A stretch of 64,000 nucleotides of DNA, taken from assembly GCA_004022145.1 (NCBI GenBank), contig RCNU01000014.1; one strand, 5' to 3'. This document shows positions 1 through 10,550 of this stretch, piece after piece; position 1 is the stretch's first letter, and the number at the start of each line of letters is the position of its first letter. The stretch is from Paecilomyces variotii (Eukaryota). The notes under the pieces are model-generated. The model ran no database searches. It was not told where the DNA came from and saw nothing but the letters and a program-made list of their open reading frames with translations. The position numbers were made by a program, and so were the translations under genes.

Positions 1-2796
1 CTGAGGTTCGGGAGTTTGTATGTTGAGTTATAGTTGCTGTATTTGTCGACGCCGGTCCAGGAACCGATGTAGGTCGAGTTTAGCCAGACGGAACTGCCGA
101 ATGCGTAGCCGCCTTGCGTTTCGATTGAGAATTGGGCTTCGGAGCCTGTAGCGACGATGTGTCCGCGGTAGAGGAGGTATCCGGTGTGGAAGCCGTAATC
201 TGAGGAGTAGAGCGATGTTGGAGTCCGCAGGTTAGTACGGGTCTTGTTGTTGGCTGTAACCCAGGCGGAGTCGTCGTAGGATGACTGGATCTCAGGGAGA
301 GTGTCGATGTATTTCCATTCGAGGTCTTTCAAATTAGGAAGTTTGATTGCGGGCTCGGGGTATTCGACTGTGGTGGACCAGATTCCGTTCTTGTCAATGG
401 AGTGATTGACTTCCTTACCGTTGATATAGAGAGACTTGGCTGTGCTGGGTGCGCCGATAATCTCAATGGGTGTGGTTGCGTTGAAGTCGGCCGTGAGGTA
501 GAGTCCATTGTCTTTGAGATATGCTGTTCGGACGAGATATCCGGCTTTGACGATGATTGATGATGCAGTTTTCTCCTGGGTGCTGAGTCCAGGAGAAGTG
601 CTGTCGGTTGGAAGTTCGGGTACCCAGTAATTGTATGCGGTGTTTTTGTCTATTCGATATCAGCATGTGTAAACTGCAGATTCAATACGGATGGAATATG
701 TTGCTGACATACCTAGGAGGAATAGCTGGAGGTCTCCGACTTGCACGATGCGGCGAGTAGAAGAGGCATCCCAGCCAATGACGACATACTGGCCCTTAGA
801 TTCGCTTGAGATATCCGGACTCTCGTTCTCAAGGACCGTAGCATTGGTGCTGCCAGATATGGCAATTTCATGATGCTCGCCTGCTCCGCCATAGACAACG
901 AGAACCTTCTTGTCTTCGAATTTCTTCCATGTAAAGACCTCAGCGGTAGAGTATAGGACGTTCGTCCCCGCAACGTCATAGTCCGTGACGTGAATCTTAG
1001 AATCACGTCCGTTAAGCGTGAGCGATCCTCCGAGTTGAGGGATAGTCAGGTTACCAGCGCTTGTAGGTAGCTTTAGCTTGTAGCTGGTAGATTCCTGGCT
1101 GCTGTAGTCAGAATGTCTGAGAACAAAGAAAGAGGTCGATGACCCATTGCCAAAGAGCGGCGTAACTGTCAGGTCAGTAGTGTCGGTGTATACTCCGGTA
1201 GTCAAGTTCCCAGGAGTAGCTGTGATATACGACTCGGAGGCCTTGACGAAGTTGCCGATCAACTTGAGTTCGCTATATTTCTCCCGGGTCACGTTGCGGG
1301 ATTCAGTTATAGCTGAGCCATAGTCGTATGAGGAATATCCGCCAGGATGACCCAAGTTGCCCCAGTTGGTGCCGCCGAAGATCTATCAAAGTGATTAATG
1401 GTGGGCTCAGTGATCATTATCCAGGGCTTGTACCATGTAGAGATTTAGTATAGTAACTCCAAAGCTTAGATCGTTCTTGTAGAACACGCTTTCGAATTCG
1501 TGATTGAGGAGGCTGGCACATGCTTCAAAGCCTAGTCCACCCCACGGATCATATGAGCCTCCTTGAAACTTCATGATTGTCAGTAGCAACCACGAGGCTG
1601 GGTAAGCAAGCAACCCACCTCAACGATAGAATATGGAGTGGAGGGACTCTGCTGCAGATGGAGTGTGCGGAAATCTGTAGGGAGGTCCCCTTCCGGCCAG
1701 GTAGTGGGGTGGGCCTTCAGTATGTCAGTAAATAGAGCATTATTCTGTATGAAGTGTGATCCATACACAGTCAAATCCCAGACTACATCCCATTAGTGAT
1801 CATTTCAATGTACCTAGAGGAGCAGACTTACGGGTAGCTATCATGGCCGTAAATATTCACCTCTCCGACGCCTTGACCCGGCACATCGTGACCATCAGGC
1901 GAAGCATCATTGTTGATGAGCGGGATGACAATGCCTGCGTTTCTCGCTTGGTCGATGACATATTGCATGTACTCATAATCCGGGAACTTAGCACCGCAGC
2001 ATGCACCGGTGTATTCATTCTCAGGCTGCCATAGGATTACGGGACCGCCATTCGTTATCTGAGCTTTGGCAATAGTGGCTCCCACGTTCTTCATGTAGCT
2101 AGAGGCCGTTATTAGTTCCACAAGCGCAGATAATTTGTTCAGAAGACATTAAGACGTACTTATCCGTGGCGTCGAGGTAGTCCTTCGCAGACGTCCGCAG
2201 CGTGCCGTTGATTCTCTGTAACCATCCCGGAAAACCCCCTCCTGACGCCTCAGCGTTGATGTACGGCCCTGGACGAGCAAGAAGATAAATTCCCGCCTCG
2301 GATGCTGCTTCGAAAAATGGCTCCAGTGCGAATATTCCATCTGCTCGATATTCGCCTGGCTTTCCCTCCAGGAGCGCCCAGTCGACGTAGAAAGAGACAC
2401 AATTGAAACCGAGTGCTTTGACCTTTTGGAACACATCTAGCCACAGAGACGGAACTGGAAGACTGCACATAGTTAGAAGATGCGTGGATCTACCATACCG
2501 GCATGCTCAATGGAGGGTTTGTATTTCCTACCGAAAAGGGTGGAATTCTCCGCTGAAGATCATAATCCTCTCTCCTCGAATAAAGAGAGAGTGCTCATCC
2601 CATGTAATCTGCATTTGTTAGCACTATGTCAACCAACACATCACGCTGCTAATCAACGTACGACATTCTGCGTCAAGGCGCGCTTCTCCGGATCTGGATG
2701 CTCTATGAGTGTGAATCCATTGAATTTGTGTGAGATGGCAGCTGCAGTCGCCTGCAGCGCCAAACAGGCCGCTACACAGGCAGACAGGAGCTTCAT
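1..2796 (-). CDS. lacA: Secreted GH35 beta-galactosidase (multi-exon, 3' end runs off the window)
   Basis: ATG at 2796 gives the signal peptide [19 protein letters not shown]. Spliced exons give [34 protein letters not shown] (acid/base) and EFQGG (nucleophile). GT-AG introns with CTRAC/CTAAY branch sites join the ORF fragments, including a 16-nt micro-exon at about 1767-1782. Confidence 0.95.
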
Positions 2797-3567
2797 TGTC
2801 ACGGATAAGGATCAGTCGCGATGACTCGTAACTCAATTGGCACGGAATTGACCTCCACTGGCATCGTGATGTTTAAGGTCCTGGAAATCGCAATCTCATA
2901 TACATATCCTGCTAGCGTCCCACCGGATAATTGCCATGCTTCTCGGCTGTTTATATCCCCGGCAGTATCGAAAGACCGGTGGAGGTCCATGTATGAAATC
3001 TTGGCTTAAAGTAAATAAGCATATGCCATTCGTGCTATTCCGTAGTTAAAGGAGTCTATGGATCTTGCATTCCCCGAGTGGGGTTGTTAACGATCGGTTA
3101 AGGATAACTAAATCATGAGACATTGTTCGACCATCTCCACATACTGTGCAAGAGAGTTGGGTAGAGATCGGCAACGGAAGCGTGTAGGGGAGTTTTTCCA
3201 CATATCACGATCGAGGATCTTGTTTGCGCGATATAAACTTCATCTGCTCAGAGCCACACATCGTCTGGCAGGTACAGACGGACTTGGTCTTGCCGTGGTC
3301 TTGCGGTGGTCGACCATGAGATATGGTCTTTCTTCCTGGAATATACGTCAGGCCCTGTTGGCATCGTAGACAATTTGCAGTTACTCAAGGTACAGCCGTC
3401 ATAGCTCTGTGCTCAGTACCCATAGCTGTCAAAAAAATAAGTGCAAGGGGTAGACGGTATAATCGGGGTTTTATATCCCGTCTGCGCGGGGTAAAGAAAG
3501 ATTTGAATATGCAGAAAATATATACATATGCAGACGAAGGCATGCGAGTCTCTTTCGTATTTGACAT

Positions 3568-3618
3568 GAAGTGCCTAGTAGAAGTACCTAGTAGAAGTAC
3601 CTAGTAGAAGTACCTACA
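3568..3618. repeat. 13-bp tandem repeat (GAAGTACCTAGTA), about 3.8 copies
   Basis: gaagtgcctagta gaagtacctagta gaagtacctagta gaagtacctaca, read directly. Confidence 0.9.
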
Positions 3619-3748
3619 GACTCCCCATTTTCTGGTAGAATCGAATCTAAAGAATAGCGTGATTAGTCCAACAACAATAATAAAGAATTTAAAAAGAAAT
3701 AATAGATGGATGATAGATCGATGGAGACAAAAAAATGCAAGAAGAAAT

Positions 3749-3835
3749 CTCCGGGACGGGGAGTCGAACCCCGGTCTCCCGCGCTCGTTCCTTTCGGATG
3801 ACAAGCGGAAATCATGACCGTTAGACCATCCCGGA
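3749..3835 (-). tRNA. tRNA-Asp(GUC) with a 15-nt intron (3784-3798)
   Basis: Reverse complement is TCCGGGATGGTCTAACGGTCATGATTTCCGCTTGTCA[intron]CGCGGGAGACCGGGGTTCGACTCCCCGTCCCGGAG. The acceptor stem pairs, the T-loop is GGTTCGA, the anticodon is GTC, the intron follows position 37, and a T7 Pol III terminator lies at 3729-3735. Confidence 0.95.
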
Positions 3836-4756
3836 TCTTGATGCTAGAACATTGAGGATATTGATTTAACAAAGGCCCGAATATCTGGTGAGCTGGAGAT
3901 CCCGATCGAGCGGTTAATATCTGATATGCAATTATGTATAAATTCGTGTCGATGAAACTAGAAGATATTTTCGTAGTCTAGAATCCTTGGGTGACCCACT
4001 TCGAGACAAAGAAAATGGCACCTAGCGGTATGGCCATCGTCAAGACATGCATGATCTCGGAGTCGCATACAAAGAAAGTGTTTTAGGCCCCAGCATCCCG
4101 GGATCAAATCTTGGATTTGCAGATCTGATGCGCAAACCCGTTAGGAAGATGAGGTGACGTGAATGGCCTATGATGTTGACAATAGCGTTATCTTTCTCCT
4201 TTCGAGCAATTCTGTCTCCTTGAGTAGGATTCGAATCGAGCTGCAGTTCGCGCCCAACTTTTTTTAGCCCTGTTAGTTAACTAGTCAGTTGGCTATCAAT
4301 AGTTAACTAATCAAGAGAGTAAGGTTAGTGTTAACTTAGTCCCTTATTACTTATTTCTAACTGCGCCGCTCAGTTTCTGGCCCGTGGCTGATTTGGCAAG
4401 GTCTGGCGGACACCGTTCATGCAGGTTGTCAGACGTGACAGTAGCCGTTTGTTTTGTCTGTACTACCTGAACTGAGTAGTGATTAGCTGCTATCTATTTT
4501 TGCCCGGGAACAGTTGAACCCATGAGAAAGTCCTTTGGGAATCCGGCGCTTATTCGACGATGCCATTGTCTTGACTTCCCCCTGCCATCCGCAGCAGATG
4601 CTTCGAGATAGAGGTAGCTGGGGGATGGACAGCTGAACACCATCAAAAATCAGAGCTCAATTTGTGCATGCTTTTCACCGCACACATACCAAGTAACACA
4701 GCGTTGAATACGCAGCGACCTTCGTGCAATCAGCCGTATCTCAATAGAGAAAGACT

Positions 4757-5824
4757 ATGGCAATCACAACAACAACATTGACCGCGATGGAAACTCTAGA
4801 GCGGGACATTGTCACCAAGTCTCTTCCACCGTTACTCAAAGTCCGCCTCCCGTTCTCACATCGAGTCAATTGCTTTATCAAACTCTGGCTATTCAAGCTG
4901 CTCGCCAGCACGTTCTTCTTCTTTCGGCGCCTTTTCAAACCACCTCCACCATGGACGCGACCAACGCTGACCAAGAGATATGCATGCCGGCCTATGCTGG
5001 AAACCCGTATTTTCTTCCCGCCCGATTACCATCGACAAACTCCCTCGCGTCTCTTGCCTCTTTATTTGAACATCCATGGTGGGGGATTTGCATTCTTCGA
5101 TGCGCGGGTGGACGATAAGTTCTGCATTGCCTGGGCGAAGCGCACGGGGATGTTGGTCGTCAGTTTGAATTACCGCAAAGCACCGCTGCATCCGTTTCCT
5201 ACTCCCGTTTACGATGTTGCTGCCGTGGCAAATGCAGTTCTCGAAGACGAGACCCTACCAATCGACAAATCTCGTGTTGCGATCGGTGGCTTCAGTGCGG
5301 GAGCAAATCTTGCCCTTGGAGCGTCTCAACTGCCTGGGCTGAAGGGCGTGATTAAGGCTGCGATACCGTACTATCCCATAGTCGACTTTGGACACCCACC
5401 AAATGAAAAGCTTGCTTCGAGACCATACAACGACGGCCCGAAGGAGAACCTCGAGAACATGTCCTGGTGGCTCGACTGGGGTTATGTCAACGTCGGACAG
5501 AACAGACGGGACCCAGTACTAAGCCCTATATATGCGAGAAAAGAGGACCTTCCGCCATGGATCTACATGATTGGCGCTCAGTGGGATATGCTTCGCCTGG
5601 AGTCACAGGACATGATCCATATGCTTGCAGGCTTGGGCGAAAGAGAGGACCAGGAAGCACCGTTTGAGAAAGGTACATACAAATGGACCTTGGCTATGGG
5701 ATGCCCCCATGCGTTTACGCATAGCAGTGAAAAAGACCCCTCCAAGAGAGCGATCAGGAAGCAGATTTGCGAGGACATTTACAACGAGGCACATCAGTGG
5801 CTGAAGAAGAGCGTATTGGCGTGA
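4757..5824 (+). CDS. Alpha/beta hydrolase, hormone-sensitive-lipase (Abhydrolase_3) family esterase/lipase
   Basis: 355-aa ORF with HGGGF oxyanion motif, YRKAP, GFSAG nucleophile elbow, WDMLR (Asp) and PHAF (His). Confidence 0.9.
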   Translation: MAITTTTLTAMETLERDIVTKSLPPLLKVRLPFSHRVNCFIKLWLFKLLASTFFFFRRLFKPPPPWTRPTLTKRYACRPMLETRIFFPPDYHRQTPSRLLPLYLNIHGGGFAFFDARVDDKFCIAWAKRTGMLVVSLNYRKAPLHPFPTPVYDVAAVANAVLEDETLPIDKSRVAIGGFSAGANLALGASQLPGLKGVIKAAIPYYPIVDFGHPPNEKLASRPYNDGPKENLENMSWWLDWGYVNVGQNRRDPVLSPIYARKEDLPPWIYMIGAQWDMLRLESQDMIHMLAGLGEREDQEAPFEKGTYKWTLAMGCPHAFTHSSEKDPSKRAIRKQICEDIYNEAHQWLKKSVLA

Positions 5825-6039
5825 TGGTTGTATTTCGATTTGAGAAAAGGCTTGAGGTGTTATTAGACTAGAAGACGTGTCTTGGTTTTCCTATGGCGCG
5901 ATACGAATAGAACTTGCGTAGACTACAGATATTGCCAAGATCAATGTCACAAAATGCCATTATTCATAATACCTTTGATTTCTTCATAGAAAGAATCATC
6001 GCTAAACAAAATAGAGGAACTAATCCTTCTTTGAACAAT

Positions 6040-6707
6040 CAGGTACTGCAACATATGGAGCTGGCGCCGTCAGTATGGAACTAAGAGGGAATGCCATTGA
6101 AGTTAACCTACGATAGGGACTTCGCAATAGCCTACATACCCATAAACTACCATAGATTGGATAACCGCAGCCTGGAGTGTTTGGTATTTGTTATGTGCTA
6201 GCCATTCTGCTGCTGTGACAGTTACTTAACTCGGGTGGGATTCCGTGCTAGAAAATCAAACCCGAGAAAGTTATTTTGACCACTTACAACATTATATAGA
6301 AGAAGAAATTTTATTCCACCAGTCAATGTACCTCTTCACCTCAGACATAAACAGACCCAATTGCTGTGTCGAAGGGTTTGATTGATTCTCGATATGTCGG
6401 TGGAGTCAAAGTCAATGCCCCAAGTCGACTGAACCCTTCATGTCATAAAGGAGTAAAGTCAAAAGATTTCTCTCCCCTGTGTGGAGAAAGACAGAGGGGG
6501 GACCTTACCTCTGTAAACCACTTGGCATCATTTCCACCTTACTGCGCTTTGCTTCTCAAACGTCACCGTTTGGTAGCCTTTGATCTCCAACTGCGCCGCA
6601 GCACTAAATCCAGCTGGGCCTACACCAACAATGCAGCCAGGGTTATGATTCGTTTTTACAGCCGCGAGACTGCCTAGTGCGAGAATTTTACTCGAGACTC
6701 GTTTCAT
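6040..6707 (-). pseudogene. Disrupted, truncated FAD-dependent oxidoreductase resembling polyunsaturated fatty acid (linoleate) isomerase / flavin amine-oxidase family
   Basis: ATG 6707 gives MKRVSSKILALGSLAA then the Rossmann motif CIVGVGPAGFSAAAQLEIKGYQTVTFEKQ. The following GGKCQ is corrupted (RWK*CQVVYR). Downstream fragments read LGALTLTPPTYRE, EVKRYIDWW, HGIPPEL, AEWLAHNKYQTL..MVVYGY..EVPI|LHMLQYL across a recognisable intron (acceptor 6061-6063). The C-terminal half is missing. Confidence 0.8.
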
Positions 6708-7767
6708 GGCGGCGCGTATACAGAGCAACTTCAGATTACACGGACAATCATGAGAGAATTGTTCATGTGTGGAATATCATAACTACATATTATTCTTTTT
6801 TATTTCTCTCTTCGGACTTTATTCAAGTAAGCGTTTATCTTGCGTTTATGGCCAGCTGTTATGTCATTCTTCAGGGGTGTAATTAGGTAGGCATCCTGCC
6901 GAGGGCGTTTGCATGAAGAATCCACGCTAATACTCATGCAAGTAGAGAGTAATCGACCAAAAAGGCACCGACAAGGGGTTATGCAAACTATGGCTCAGCC
7001 TGACCCAACTAAAATGGACTGTGCAACAGGCCGTGATTATTCCGAAAATTAGACCGATGTCACCGGATGACGAACTCCTGTTTGTGGATAGTATTAGTGC
7101 TAAAGAATCCTTGTAAACATACTGACTCCTTTTCCTTCTAGAAGGCTGCCTCTTCAGTACCTAGTCATCTTCAGAACAAGGTGAGCGAGATGGGTATATA
7201 TCAGCATTTTTCGAGTTAATTGCTTATTGTTTCAACGAACAATATATTGTCCGTCCGATTATGTTTTAAATATGGATCCATTGAAACAACACCAACACTC
7301 TACCACGCGGCAATTGTGCCACCCTACGGGGTCTGATCTCCCTGACCGCGCGTTTGAGAACTATACGAGCCGTTCGTAGAGACCCACAGGACTAGGGCTC
7401 CAGCTCAGCTGGATGCTGAGAATAATTAGACTCCTGAGAACGATGCATATGTCATGTCACCATCCGTAACATGGTTCGTGGCAGAGGTACAAGATTTTCC
7501 AGAAATAGCTTCAGCGCCTAAGCATGTGATGGGGCCAAATAACCATCTTCCTGATTATTGAGACGAAAGTCTGATAAGGTGGAGCCGTTTCAATCCGTTT
7601 GAGATTCATGGAGACGGATATTCCATTGTTGCGGCCCCCTATACTTATAGGAGGCTCCCGTGTATTGTTGCCTCAGATGCTGGGTTTGATAAATTCTTAT
7701 ATACTTAAAGCAGCAGACAGATTGTGGATATCTTGCGTTATTGGAAAGCTCATCCATACATTTCACA

Positions 7768-9224
7768 ATGAGTGCGGGACCGTATCAGTCCTCGAGTCGC
7801 GGACATGTTGACCTTTATGGCAACGTCTTCGAGGTTCCGGATTTCACCATGAAGCAAATCTACGACGCTATCCCGCCACATTGTTTTCGACCGTCTATTC
7901 TCCGAAGTATGAGTTATGTCGTACGGGATTATGCACTACTCGGGGGTTTGGCTTGGTTGTTTTACACATACACGCCTCTACTGCCTTCTATTTGGCTCCG
8001 GGCAACGTCGTACGCCATATATACCATCATTGCCGGGATGATCATGACTGGGATCTGGATCCTAGCACATGAGTGTGGCCATGGTGCCTTTTCAAAATCG
8101 AAGAAACTCAACAATACAGTCGGGTTCATCTTACACTCGTCTCTCCTGGTGCCTTACTACAGCTGGAAGATCTCCCATTCTCACCACCACAAATCTACTG
8201 GAGACTTGCAACGGGATACTGTGTTTGTTCCACACAGTAGGGAGTAAGTTATCCTCAACAACTAATCCTCCGCCAGGAGTTTTCAAGACATACTGACGGC
8301 CTACTAGATATTGGGTGAAGACAACTTTCGGAAAAGACGTCGATCCTCACAGCATCAGCGCAGCAGAAATCACAGAAGATGCACCCATAGTTACTCTATG
8401 GCACATCATTCTGTTCCAAGTCTTCGGCTGGCCTTTGTACATGCTGGACAACCTGAGCGGCCAGAAAGGAGTGCATGGATTTCCCCAGCACAGCCATTAC
8501 TGGTTCGGGTCTGACAGCAAAATATACAAGGAGTCGGAACTTTTCTTGGTACTCCTGAGTGACATCGGGCTCTTGGTGACATGCTCTGTGCTCTATCTGG
8601 CTGTGAGATTCTTTGACTGGTGGACGGTACTTGTCTTCTACGGAATGCCGTATCTGTGGCTGAATCATTGGATAGGTACAGTACATGTCTATTTCCAATC
8701 TTGAAAAGTACAGTTACTGACAACAAGCAGTGGCAATAACATACCTCCAGCACACTGATGGCAGACTTCCTCACTTCGCCCATTCTCAATGGACCTTCGC
8801 ACGCGGTGCTGCGGCCACTATCGACCGGAGTTTCAAACTTGGCTTCTTAGACATTGACATGTACCTCTTCCACGGCATTGTTGGCACTCATGTCTTGCAC
8901 CATCTCGTATCAACCATACCGTTCTACCACGCCTACGAAGCAACTGAAGCTGTGAAGAAAGTTATGGGTAAACACTACCACTCCGATATGGACACTCCAT
9001 TGATTACAGCTTTGTTTCGAACACAGCGCGATTGCCAATTTGTCGAGGAGAGCTCCGGCATGGATGGTAGTGGGGTGTACATGTTTCGGAATATACACGG
9101 CAGGGGAACCAAGCCGCGGGACTTAGTGGGAGGGGAGGAACTCTCTGTGTGGGATGGGCATATGTCCCCGCCAAAGGGGAAGGAGACTTGGAATTGGAGA
9201 GAGATTATTTCGTCAGTATGGTGA
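7768..9224 (+). CDS. Membrane fatty-acid desaturase, delta-12/omega-6 (FAD2/OdeA-like), 3 exons
   Basis: His boxes HECGH, HSHHH and HVLHH, plus TYLQHT and IPFYHA. Introns 8244-8307 and 8676-8730 restore the frame. Confidence 0.92.
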
Positions 9225-10550
9225 ACATTAGGAGTCTCGAAGTGGTACCCGAATTAGGCCAATGCAAAACGAAAGACGCAAAATGTTGGTTGGATATTTG
9301 GGGGCCAAGGAAAGGACTGTTGTCTCTATTGGGTTTAGGTTCGGTGTTTTTGTTATTATTATTTTCCTCATTTCTCAGTGTTTTTTCTAAGCGCCCTAGA
9401 ACTATAGATCCATAGTTTAGCGTATAGCAATCAACCCCCACAAAACACGGAACACATAGTCACATACGTTATTATCCATCTAGACGTCGAAACGAAACAT
9501 ACTAAGAAATCGTAGTCTAGCAAATCTTGCGATTCGACTGGATAGTGGCTTGAAACAAAAATTCCCATTGATCCGGTTTTAAACCTGCATTCTCCACGGG
9601 GTTAAGCATTCTATCTAACAAAAGTACTATGCATCATCTACCACATGCGCCGCAGCAGTTTGGAGTCAAAAGTACTACTATCGAGCCCCATTTTACGGGT
9701 GTCGGATTCTGTAGATACTGAAAAAAGTTAGTTGTTGTTGGGTCCGGGGTTTTATTTGTCGAGAGGGTCTAGTGGTTCGGTCTTCAAAGCAGGGTGTATA
9801 TCCCCTGCTCTCCCCCGCCGCCCCCTTGACATGTATGATTAGGGAGAGTTATACGATCGTTAACTAAATGGTTGGTTGTTAGAGAAATTTCGATAACGAC
9901 CGCAGGAGCGCTGGAAAGTTATATTGTGGCTGCGGCTAATGGGTGTGTTACACCGCAGCAAGGCTCTGAAGATACTTGCCGGCATCCGGGATCAGATCCT
10001 GAGGTGGTACAAAGATTCATTGTATTGTGCCACAGATGACTTCTCCTTGCAGAAGATGACACATGGTTCTTGCCAATAAAGATATAGAGTCTGGGGTTCT
10101 GTCTTCTCTGGCTGATTATGGAAATCAGTGTTTCAAAGACGGACGAGTATACCACAGACTCTTTGTATGGACTGTTTTGAGTTAGAAGTCCAACCTAGTC
10201 TGTCTGATCAACAAATACATGCCGAATGAGTGTACCATATACAGTAGCTCGGCTTTGGAAATTTGTATACAGTCGACTCGCTGATTACTGTTCGTGAAGT
10301 CAATAGTAACATATAAAAGAGGGCCATAAGAGCACTAAAGACAGGCAGGTATGAATTTTCTTTATGTATGCTTGTGATCGTCATACCGTACATGAAACTC
10401 AAAGAGATTTATCTAGATATGGATACAGATCCCAAACTCATACGTTTAGGAAGTATATAGATCTCCAAACAAATAAAATGCTTTCCCCATTGTTCCGATG
10501 TCTCAATATCCCCAACTTTTAGACTGTAAGCAGACCAGAACGAAAATAGA

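Noticed and set aside
3568-3618. Possible CRISPR-like array
   Set aside because: Contiguous tandem units with no spacers, in a eukaryotic context.
6899-6904. CCGAGG (FarA/FarB fatty-acid response hexamer) in the desaturase/isomerase promoter
   Set aside because: A single 6-mer is expected by chance. Suggestive only.
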